64,000 nt of DNA. It comes from Balanoglossus misakiensis. Taxonomy: Eukaryota > Animalia > Hemichordata. Below are positions 1 to 12,300 of the stretch, piece after piece (the stretch's first letter is position 1; every line of letters begins with the position of its first letter). Both the position numbers and the translations under genes were made by a program. Location: positions 4,945,319-5,009,318 of the forward strand of contig CM082594.2 in the NCBI GenBank assembly GCA_040954595.2, read 5' to 3'. The notes under the pieces are model-generated. The model had not been told where the DNA came from. It worked only from the letters and a program-made list of their open reading frames with translations, and did no database searches.

Positions 1-106
1 CAATATAATATCATATGATGCAATATAAATTTAATACACCAAGCAATATACTACAATACAGGTGACAGTACAATACAATACAACCCAATACAGTGAAATA
101 CAATAT
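1..106. repeat. Degenerate (CAATA)n pentamer repeat
   Basis: Recurrent caata/taata/aaata units. Confidence 0.6.
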
Positions 107-217
107 GAATGGCTTCAGCTCCATAATACAACAACTGGTTCACACACATTCAAACGATGTTTGATTTCTTGGCTGTCGATCACAACACACAAAACAGACA
201 CAACCACGATTTCATAC

Positions 218-304
218 CTGGAATGTCTTAGGCAATACCGACAACATCATACTGAACTCGGGCGTGTTCAGCTCAAATAAGCCAATCAGTACTAGTTGAG
301 ACAC
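218..304 (-). CDS. CLASP1: CLASP exon (TOG3)
   Basis: VSQLVLIGLFELNTPEFSMMLSVLPKTFQ; AG/GT flanks. Confidence 0.93.
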
Positions 305-3300
305 CTGTCAATCAAAAAATGTATGAATACATTAAATATGGCAGCCATCTATTCGGAAATAAGTCATTTGATTTGAAAAGGAAAGCTCAATGGAATGGAA
401 GAATTTCATATCATTAGCTGAGTACAGGTAATTGGCAAACAGATATATCAAGCACTTTCAAGCATCAGCACACAGTATGACCCTGAGAAGGTTCCAACAA
501 AAGCGGATCTAAACGTACCTTCCTGACGTCCAAGGATTTAGCTTCTCTGGTCCAGCTGATGATACGACTGACAGCCAGTCTGGTTTCACTGGAGTTCACA
601 AAGTCTGAGGGATCCATCAGTTCTATGAGATACTGCATGTACTTCAACAATGCCACTTTCGTCTGCGTATGAAAAAGAGAACAGAAATTGCTGTAAGGTT
701 GTCTGTGAAGGATCGACTCAAACCCTGGTGGATATGTGGACAGGGAGGATACATTAGGCCAAATTTATGTCCACAAGTCCACTCTTGGCAGAGGAAATGA
801 TTTTCAACCAAACTATGGGGTGATGGGGTTAAGTTAAACTTTGTGGTTTCTTACCTTGACATTGGGTGTCTGTGTTTGGTCCACTATAAATCGGGTTAAA
901 ATATTGAACTGCATGTCATAGGGAAAACTGTCTCTGTAAGCAGAAAAAAAACACATAAATCTTTATCAGTTCCAGTTACTTGCTAATGACAAGAGGGCTT
1001 GATTTTTTTCTTTCATGAAGTGGCATTGAGTAAACCGAATGACAAGACCGATGATGTTTTCAGATGGTTGGTTTACATATTGAATTTTCTGTAGTACAAA
1101 GGATACTGTTATGTAGTGCAGATTACATGTGGGAATCTCAATTTTTCCAACATTATTTTTAGATTAATCCACTCAAATTTATCATCAACCTAAAAATGGG
1201 GCACCACTACACTACTAACAATCAAATGACTAAATATACAAAGTATTTTTAATTATTTCTGTATTTGAGGCAATTCCAACATGGCTGCCTAACAACCAGC
1301 ATATCATAGCCACTGATGCAGTGAACTATGACCTTGTAAAGGTGTGCTATACCCTTACCTGACAACATCTAATGCCCTTTCCACTTTAGCATGCACCGAG
1401 CCCAGGAGATCCATGCCCATTTTAAGTAAGAGTCGAGTCAGCAATATATACAGCCAGTCACTCAGGTCCATTTTATGAATAGCAATAAAATCTGATAAAG
1501 TTTCTAAAAACAAACTGAAAACCTGGAAAACAAGGAAATGTGGGTTACGATTTGTGAAAATTTTTGTAGGTTTGGTTGTGCTGAACAGATGAGTCAGTAA
1601 AGATGAATTCTTTTCAATCCAACAAATCATATTTTCTGTTTTATGCATGTGTAAGATAATGATTCATAACAAAATATACTCTTGTTTGTTTCAGCTGTGT
1701 ACTGAATGTTATTTGTGGTCAGTTTTTGGTTTTCTACTAACCTTGCCATGGGGGTCTGCAAACATTCTTGTAAATATTTCTGTACATCTCTTGAGTTCTT
1801 GACGGCTGATAAAAGAAAGTGAGAAACGCAACGAATGACTAACCACATCTTTGTGCGATTTGGGACGGACTTAGAAAAACATTCTGTTTGCCTAAGGGTG
1901 CCTGATTTTGAGATAAAATGATGAATGAACATCCCACACACTACTGTCCAGAATGCTCAGCTAAAAACTTTTTGAGTTTTTCAAATATGGCTGCCTGGTG
2001 GCCATATTGGATCTTAACGCTAAACAAAATGACAGACTTAAGTATATAAGCATGATATACTGTCATCGCACCACCTTTACAAAGCTTGATATAAAATTGG
2101 TATTTCAAAATATTGTTTTTAAATTTCATTTCATACCTTAGCATCCTCGAGCTTCTCATAATGCTGCCTAACCCAAGCAGTCCTTCTTTCCTTTCTGACC
2201 ACGCTGCGCTGCCCATTTTATTGAGAATATCAGGCACATCCTGTCAAAAAAAATGACAACAGCCATCATAAGTCAAAATTAACCATACACAGTGTTGTCT
2301 ATGTCATCAAACTAACACTTTTTCAAAAAGTGTACAGATGCCGGCCTACCTCGAGTTTGCCGTGACTCGAACCGTACGACCCGATCGAACACACGCTGGA
2401 CGCGTCACTCTCATCGTCGGAGTACGCCGATCCGTAGCTCTCCCATCGCTTCCTCGAAGGCCGTTGAACCAGCGCTGCCGCCAAGGCTATCTCGGCGTCT
2501 TTACCTGTGCCGAGCTGGGCCAAGTGCTGGGGTCGTACGGCCACCCTCTGTGGGCCGTTGCCACTAACATGGCGCTCTCTCCCTGTAAATGTCAAGAATA
2601 CACATGCATTGTCAGGAAATGAGACTAGAATCAGTATTCCAAATTCCAGCAATACTTTCCAGCATTTTGGCCAAATCACTCTTGCCGACAGCACGGTCAG
2701 AAAAATTTCAGTTTTCAGATACAACATGAAACTGGAAAACACAGATAATACAGAAGAAAGAGATTAATATATGAATGAATGCACACAGTCTTAACTGCTT
2801 TATTCAATCACATTTTAGTCATACATAGATATTTAGAGACTGCACACATAGATACCATTTCAACACCAGACTAAACCATTGTTTTTATAAACGGTGTGGT
2901 TGGACCTGTATAATTTTATACAAGGTAATGAAAGGTTATGAGATAGTTGGAGAACGAACAACAGGAGACAGACAAGTCTAAAGAAAACAAAACGGCCTGT
3001 ACCTAAGGGATCCGCCATCAGCACTTGCAAAATGCAACAAAGAACTGATTCAACCTCTGACGACTTCAGACACTCACCAAAACCCAACCTGCTAGGGCTG
3101 ACGTCTGGTGTATGTCCGACACTTCTGGACATTTGCCGATTCCACGACTTCCTGTATAGCTCATCGCGCCTGTACATTCTGAACACCTGGCTAGACGGTG
3201 AGGAAGCCCGCCTGTTGCTTGGCAACGAGCCGAAAGCTACGAACAGGACAGCTTGTCATTTGGATTTTTTTCTATTTCTGAGGTGTTTACTGATGTTCCT

Positions 3301-6300
3301 ATGACATGAATACTGCTGCAACAAGCACCGATGTCTACTCAAAGCTTTTACAGTTAGCAGCAAATAACTGGGAAGATATCATGTTCTGTAATCATGACTT
3401 TCTTAACCGGATGACAGGATTTGCTTTGATCATGAACTCATCCTAAACAGCCAATACCATTTAAACTCTGCATGTGATGACCACAAGACCAATGTATGCA
3501 ACATCTTTGAAAAGCCAATCGCTATAATACACACCAGCCCCTGCACAGAACACCACAACACACTCGTTGACAAGTATTCTAAGCTGAGGGTCCTTATGAA
3601 AAAGCGACCCTCCAATGAAAACCTGGCGATGGGACTATAAACATGACCCAATACTGACCAATGGCCTTGAAATGGTAACAATTTGATACCTTATAGAGAA
3701 GCCAGGTGGATACAAACCCCGCACTGCTCAGAAAATGAGTAAAGAACTTGAACAAACAACTTACAACGTAGAAGTTGGCATGTGATAAGTTAAGAAGATA
3801 CAAAAGATGAGAACTTGTACATGTATGTATTGTTGTCTGTACCACCCAAGCACACCCCCGTTCAAACCAATGTCACCATCAAACTCACACAGCCCCTTAC
3901 TGTCACAAAAACACATGATGATGATGAAGATGTACTCAGAGTGTTTCCATGTTCCTGACATCAGCTGATACTTACTAGTGTCTCGAGTGCCTCTCACACT
4001 CTGAGAGAGGTAACTTCCCCTCTCAAACGGGCTGCTTTGCTTAGCACGTCTGTATGCACTGTAGGTGGAGCTCGCTGGTGATACGGGATTGCTTCGATCG
4101 TCTGTGGATGGTATGACTTCAATTTTTAAGCTCTGGACAATATGCACAGTCTCTCAGACTCCCCCAAAGGGAGGACAACAGACAAAATATGACCGATAAC
4201 CCAGACAGACTCCCAGTGAGAGGTGAACCTGATAATGCATTGTGAATCTGCCTTGTCAATGATTTGTTGCCATGACACCCTGACTCCATGCCAACAGTGA
4301 CAAAGTGCATTGACCCCGATAAACCTAAACCAACCACCCAATAAAACAGACACAAATACAAACATGAAAAACAAACAAACATGAAACATTTTCTTTCGCT
4401 TCCACTTACCAAAACCAAGCCTGTTCGGACTCGACTCCCGACTGCAGCCTTGGCTTCTGGGAATCCGGCTTTTCCGTGGTGTCCTTCTGTCGGAATTTGT
4501 TGCTTCCACGCGGCTGTACGTGCCGTAGAGATACCTAGTCGGCGATCCTGACCGGCTGCCGGACCTACTTCCAGCTGAAGTCAAAAGAGGGAATTATGGT
4601 TACAAATTACCCAATTATTATGGATGTACAGTCAAACATGTCTTAGTGGCCACCTCTATATAGCAGCCACCTCTATATAATGGCCATTTTGTTACAGTCC
4701 CTGTGCAATTACATGTGCATTAATTGACCTGTCTATAAAAGCCAGTTAAGGAAAGTCCCTTGACTGACCACTATAGACAGGTTTGACTGTATAAATATGT
4801 AAGTACTGAATGGATAGTTCTTTATTTTGCTAAAGTGCAGTAACGAAAAGGATGAAGAAACAGATAAAATATTTTCACATAAAATCCCTCTGTACTTACG
4901 CTGTGATTGTGAGACTCCAAGACGCCCTTTTCTTGGTGTTGGGATCCTGGAGCCTTCCTCTGCGGCCTTGTCCAAGAGGTCTGTTGAACCGGTCACTATA
5001 GAAACAAACCACCAACAAACATCCACGGTGAATCCACAAGCGGATATGAACGCTTACAAATTGGAAACGTGAAACGCTAAGTGTGATTCTCGAAACTCTA
5101 CTTTTTTTGCAAACTGGAGCATTTTCTATGAGCTACCATAGAATCCTAGCCTATCAAACTAGATTTTATTGTTTTTATAACTTTTCTATATTTCTACACA
5201 TGCTCATATACACACTCAGCTAAACTAAGGTAGCCTTGAATAGGCAATATTATACTAATGTTATATTTGGAATGCTTTGCTAATTCTTTGATAAAGTTGC
5301 TTTTTGTCCTTTCTAAAATACGATTGAGCAGCGAGCTGGCTTATAATATTCAAACATGTATTGATAAAGGAGGAGTTTAATATGGGAGAGCAAAAAAGAT
5401 AGTTTTGATAACCATATAGAAATGACTGAAATCATCAATGAACACCAGGTCAAAGGTCAAAAATTTCAACAACCAATGAAAGAAGCTGGGCGCACTGCAT
5501 ATGACCTGTTTCACCTTTGACCTCAGTCTATCCAATATGGCTGCCAAAATGAAGAACCAGCAAGTCTTTCAGAAGGCACAACACACATGAAAAACTAATG
5601 TACTGACTACCAAAAAACTGCAAGGAAAAGCCCGAAACAATATTCAACATACATTTAAGCACACCTTTTTCTCTTTCCTTTTTCTTTCCTGTGAGGTAAA
5701 TGGCAGCGAAAATGGGAAAGACGATGATGGAAGAGGATCAAGAAAAAAAATAGATAAAAAGGGAAACAGCACAGCAAATTAGAATTACAGAATAACAGGA
5801 AAAGGTTACAAAGGATTACGAGAAAAATATAAGTTCTAAAGAAATAATTCATTTACAAGAAAGCAAAAATTAACAATACTGATCTTAGTGGATGTCATGC
5901 CAAGAATGATAAAATAATAAAAAGCTGTAGCAATCACGAAAATGAAACCAAAACCAAAGTCAAACAAAATTGTAACTGTCATTCGAGTCCAAATGTCAAA
6001 CAGAGCTAATTTCCCCTGTAATCACTCATTTGCCAGGTCTTTGGATCATTCTCAAAGAAACGCATCAAAAATCATTCCTAGTACCGTAGAGGCATCAAAC
6101 ATACTAAAAGACCGACAGACATGGTATACCATCCCCAATTAGGGTTAGGGATTTCTGCGTGCAGTTATGTGGAAGCCAGCAGAGACAGGAATTTAAGAAA
6201 ATCTGTGAAGAGCTTGTATAGGTTAAAACTGCATTTCAGAAAAGAGGAAAGAATATTTGACAAAACAGCCGACAAGAGTGGCTTCTTAAATAGAATTACA

Positions 6301-9300
6301 TGCCTGCAGAAGAAGAGGATAAAAAAAGCACTGTGAATTAGACAGTGGCGGGTGCTAGTTACCTATATTTTCCTTTGAAGCAGATTTCCGTAGCCTTTGG
6401 GCAGCATTAATGGTTGTACCGGCAGCGCTGTATCGAGACTTGGCGCGGGAGGCTGACGACATATTGATATCGCTATTAGAACGAGGACCTAACCGATAGC
6501 CGCTATCTGTAGTTCAGAGAGAGAGAGAAAGGGGGAGGAAAAATGCTGAGGTGAGGTGCCAAGAATAGAATGGGGTGGAGATTACAGAGGGGATTAAGCC
6601 TTACCCACCAGGGAGAAGAAGTGTGGTGAGGACTCTTGTAGAATTTTTGACATTGATCGTCACTTTCTGAATATCCAATATTTTTTTTTACTAGACTAAG
6701 GGACCGTTCAGTTTTGCTTTTGAGTCTACAAAATTGCAGTTTCGCACCCTTTATTTTACAAAATTTTCTAATGTGGGAGGGGGACACCCCCACGCCCACC
6801 CCCTTCATTCTCCGCCACATTTCGATCTTTGCTTGTTTGTCTAGTGTACCAGGGCAGACTGCTTGCCACCCCAACCCCACCGATGATAATATTTAACAAA
6901 GTGAATACATAAAGGAGAATAATTGTTTAAACCATTTTGCATAACTGATAGTTTCGCGCTGCATCTTCTATATACTAGAAGTTTTATAAATAATGTCATG
7001 ACGAAGATGACGCCAAATCTTCTAACTTTGAGTGGAGTGGCAAAAAGTAAAATTGGTCCTCCCAAACATTGAGTTAATTTGCTTTTGAGTTCATTAAATT
7101 GCAACTTTGAGCACCGTATTTTACAAAATTGTGATGAACTGAAACAGGCAACGGTATTAACTTTTCAATATCACAACAAACCTGTCTGGGTTTCTGTCTT
7201 TTGCGATGGCACTAATGATCTCCTGGCTCCAGTTGTCTTGGGTGGTCTGCGAATGCAAGAGTGAAACATGGTTATTATGAACTTGCATCTCCATTTCATG
7301 TTTCGGTATGTTGAACAAATCATGTTGAACATAGAATGTTTGACACCTAATGTTGAACATAGTATATTTGACACAGAATGTTGAACATACTGGTAGTATG
7401 TTTAAAAACAACTTAACAACATCTACCACTGTCCCACTTTTGACGTTACATGCACATATACGCACCCAACACTTTCTTGAGAACTGCTGCTCGATTTCCG
7501 TGACAACGATCTTGTTGATGGGATGTTTAGCGCACCTGTGCTTGACGACTGAGTTAATTCACCGTGTAGCATCTTTTGTTTTGAACTATCTAACGAATTT
7601 AATAACTTCTCAGCTGACTGCTTGAAGTGTTCAGCATAACTCCAGAAGGCCCTGAAAGAAACATGAAAAGTTGTTATTAACACTAGATATTATTCACAAT
7701 ATTATAGACAAGTTTACTCAATATGATTCTATTTTAAGTTGTATCACTAAATTATATTTTCATCTATGTACATGTAACATTACATTGTATGTAAGTATGT
7801 ACGCACAAATGTGTGTATGTATATATGGATGTATGTGTATACATGTATGTATGTTTGTGTGTGTGCATGTGTGCAAGTCCTACCTTACCTTGCATGTTTA
7901 CACACATATATCCCGGTCTGTTTCTTGTTTCTATTATTCACAAATGCATCTCACACCCAAATACTCCTGTCGCACTGTGACAGACTGAATTCTGGGATAG
8001 ACTTACTTCCTGCCTTGTGCCCTCACTTCCGAGTCTGCATCCTCTATGTTTTTCCTAACAGCTTCCCCTAAAATGGCCTGGTGCTTTTCCATTGAATGTG
8101 TGTCCCAATTGTTAAAAATAATACATAAAAATACAGCAGTTTGTCTGAAAGAGAGCGAGAAAAAAGAATGATTTTATCCTGTGTCAATACAGTGCTCATA
8201 CTCTGCAGTCACACCTGAAATTTTGGTAGAAGTTTTTGTTCTTTCTTTTGTTTTGGTTTTCTTAGAACACATGCCGAGAATAAATAAAAGTTGACCAACA
8301 GATAATGAAATATGTTATCTGGAAATAAGGATTGACTTGGAAATGGTATCTACAGAAAGAAATTGGCATCACACGACAGCAGGGATGATGCGATTGTTTT
8401 GATGGACGTTTGACAACATCTGATGCAATAAACCACAAGTTACAAGTAAGTAGTAAACATACCTTCTAATGGCAACAGCTTTGACTGAGACATAACTACA
8501 GATGATGGGAAGCAGCCTGTGTGAATGTGTGTGCTGGAAATAAAACAAATGAAAAGGTAAGTTTCGTGAGATCACACCCTCACAATCACCCTGACACACA
8601 CACTGACATACCCACACATACATACACACACACTGAAGGGGATAACACTGGATTATCAGGTTCAATGTCTCTTATTCTCAATGGTTGGAATCAAGCAAGT
8701 TTCTTCTGCATATAAACAGACAAGTGTTACTTTACTATTATCTACAACTATCTTTGAATTTCAATGAGGGTATATCCAGATATAAAGTGACCACCAACCT
8801 ACAATGGCTGATGTGGGAAAATATGATGAGGATGGACTGTACAATCATAATTTTATGCTCATTAAAATTACGTCCCGGCCCAAGATCATCAATACTTTCT
8901 GACCTAAACTTTATACAAGTAAATTGTGGGGCAGGGTGATTACTAGAAAATCAGGCTTGAATCATTAATTTTTTTTAGCTTACCTTGATAATGAAATGCA
9001 GACACACAGTGCCCGATGAAGACATAATTTTAGCACTGTTTGGAATTAGATTAAATATGGTTGGAAGAACAAATTCAGCTACTGACACAAACTGACGACC
9101 TAGGGTCATTGATAAAAACCTGCCAGAAAAAACAAAACAAAAACAAAACATGTCATTTATGATATCCAAAGAAAATATAGCATAGCGAATGTCACTCATA
9201 AGCCTTCACAGACACTCGCAAAATGAGTGGCATTTATTAAACTCTGTGAGACACTCTCTGTGACATTCACTGATATACCCAAACACACTCGGTGACAAAA

Positions 9301-12300
9301 ATGCTCCCACATACCCTGTGACCATCAGACATATACCGATCCAAGAACACACACAGTGACAGATACTATCAACACACACACACACACATACATACATACT
9401 ACAACAACAACAACAACAAACCTATGCACACAAAACTACTATTTCACAACACTGCACTATTTGTGTCTTATCAACAAAATCTCATTTCACTTACGCAAGT
9501 GTCAGACATGCTTCCCTAACAACTTGCGACCTCAGGTCATTGGCTGATGTTTTGAAGGCTACTTCTAGGAGTCGTACTTGCTGCAGATAACAGTCGTAAT
9601 TTCTAGCACCAGCAATCATAAGACTACGAATCTTTTTTAACTGTAAAGAGAAGAAAGAAATCAACATTTTATAATCAATGATGTTTCAGATGGTCAACAG
9701 AGGGCGCACTTCAATATGGCAGATCCATGACGACCACAAAAGCTGATGTCATAACAACCTATACACTTACCGAATCTACTCTCTGGTCCCATGCATTCTT
9801 ATCGTCCTCAAGGTTGTCTTTTATCTTGCTGAAATCATCTTCCAAGCTTTTTGCATTGTATATCTGGATTTGGGTAGACAAATCGAATTGTTAGTGGTGA
9901 GTTTCTATTGCATACTGGACCGTGGATAAAAACAGTAAAACTAGATTCCACTGATGAGATATATTTTGGTTCTGAATACTCATACAAGGACATTGTATGT
10001 AAGCTGCACTGCTGGAGAATAAAATATTTGCAATAACTTTAGGTGTGCCTATATTATATGGTCTGAGAAATAGTTGGTTTGGGTGTGGGTGTATTGATAT
10101 AGATGATGTGTAAATTCATTCGAGGACATTTGCACATACATACCGTCACTTCAGGAACTTCTCCAAAGGATTGTATGAACTGCTGCTCATCAATGGCACC
10201 AGCTTTGAAAATAATAAATAAATAGCAATATTTCAGTACTGGCACTTTAACCCTTTTGGTCCAAATCCATTGTTTTCTACTGAAGCACGGGGCAAAGATT
10301 CTCTGGGAGAATACGGTCAACCACAGGACACTTATAAACCTACTACAAACACTGTCAAAACATAAAATCAAAATTTCATTCAAATAGTTCTAAGCTGTTT
10401 TTTTCTACAGCCAAAATGGCAGCATATTAGAGATCCCATCACTGTCCCATACCGCCATGGTCCACACACTGACAAAAGTCCTGTATGTCTGTCTGTAGTG
10501 AAGGCCCTGTAATGCTGGAAACAGAGGATCTGGGGGGGAACATGTTTTGACCGAAAAGAACTAAACTTACTGGATGACGCATTGGGTCTGCTGCCAGACG
10601 CCGATGATGCCGACCTTTTCACCGTCCCAGTGGAGGGTTTCGATTTGGCCACTCGCGATGCGCTTGACGCCTGCAGAAAAAGACAGAAACAACCTCCATG
10701 AATAAAAGGTCAATCTGAGATCACTTCAGGAGTGTGGGTGTGACGTGTTAGGCGATGTAAACAGTAAACTATTAACATACATTTAAAGCTCCATTAGCTG
10801 TAACTTTTACCAACATTTTCACAGTATTTCTGTTTTGTGTATCTACTGCAGTTTTCTCATTCGAATCCTGGAAGAGTGATGAAATTCCCAGTACACAGCT
10901 TATCAATACAACATATGCATGTACAGCCATCATTGTTATTGTTGACAACTGAATTCAAGTCCAGACTAGAATTCATCTGTCAACAATAACAATGGTTGTC
11001 ATGGAATGTTATTTTTATCCAGAATACTGGAAATTTTATGCATGGAATAAGAAACCGCATTAGACACACAGAGCGAAAATACTGTAAAAATGCCAAAAGT
11101 TACAGTTAATGTCCCTTTAATGAAAGATAACAGAGCACATTATATCAGCATGGAATGGTTAGCACATGAAAGATGAGCAAGGCACAATTTTTTGGTTAGA
11201 ATTTGAGAAACACACATTTGCACTTTACAGGATGTGTGCACGTTTGAGAAAGAAAATCACAAAAATACAAAGAGCACGCAGATTTTTGTCTGAATATTAT
11301 TGCCTTGCAGAAGAAAAACACAGCTAGCTCGAGTTCCCCATCACCACTGACACGGCGAAGTAAAAAAAACGCACCATGTCAGGACCACAAATGTTGTCTC
11401 ACCTCTGGGAATGCATTTACAGCTCTAACTTTGGGTTTCCATCGGGTAGAACGCCACTGTGTTATGTCAACATACGTATATAGTAAGGGAGTATTAAAAA
11501 TTGGGGGTGGAATCGTACAAAAATTTTAAAAAAGACAAGAAAAGCGGAGTAGAGGAAGTAGAGGAAGACAACTAACAGTTGTGACGAGAAAGTGGACGTT
11601 CTTTAGGGTTAGTTTATAGAAAACATGCGTTTACGATAATGGTTTGGAAATATCTTTGTGCTGGTGTGATTTTGCGGTCGGGTTGGGCGTTGGTTGGAGT
11701 GTGGGTTTGGGATAGGGATTTCCTATTGAGCTGAACCAACCTGGGAAAGGTTTTACACTGCGAGGTTACAGGTGGGCAGAAATTGAACCAGGAAAGGGGT
11801 GCTGTTGAACCTATGACCTGTGACTTATGACCTCTCACCTCCAAGAAACATCCAACTGCTTTGACTTTCATTTTAATTCTCCCCTTCAGTCGGCAAGGAG
11901 CAGCGACAATGAAATGAAATGGTGTGTGAATATGGCGGTGCGTGCGACGATTTCCAGTGAGTGGATGATGAAATCATGGAGTATATACGTGAATTTACAT
12001 GCTAAAAGCTATCTTCAAATACTTAGTGCTTATAGATAGGAGTTGATCGAGAGATAATGTGCAAGAAAACTAAAACGACGTTCCTGGAACTAATATTGCA
12101 AGCAAAGGTGGCATTCATTGCATTTTACAAAATGAGCACATGCATGCATGAATACATCAATACAATTTTTCAGCGTGATTTTAAGTTTAGGTGTGAACTT
12201 GACGCCGGTGTGCTGATCTCTAGCTGGTGGTCAAAATATTTTAAGGAGGCACTGCATTTAACATGTCTTAAGCTGATACATATTGTAGGAAACAGCTACA

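Noticed and set aside
1098-1106. U12-type donor consensus GTATCCTTT on the minus strand
   Set aside because: Mid-intron; flanking exons join correctly by ordinary GT-AG sites, so probably chance.
3594-3645. Possible terminal exon PSPGFHWRVAFS-stop in CLASP
   Set aside because: Weak acceptor with no other support; kept out of features.
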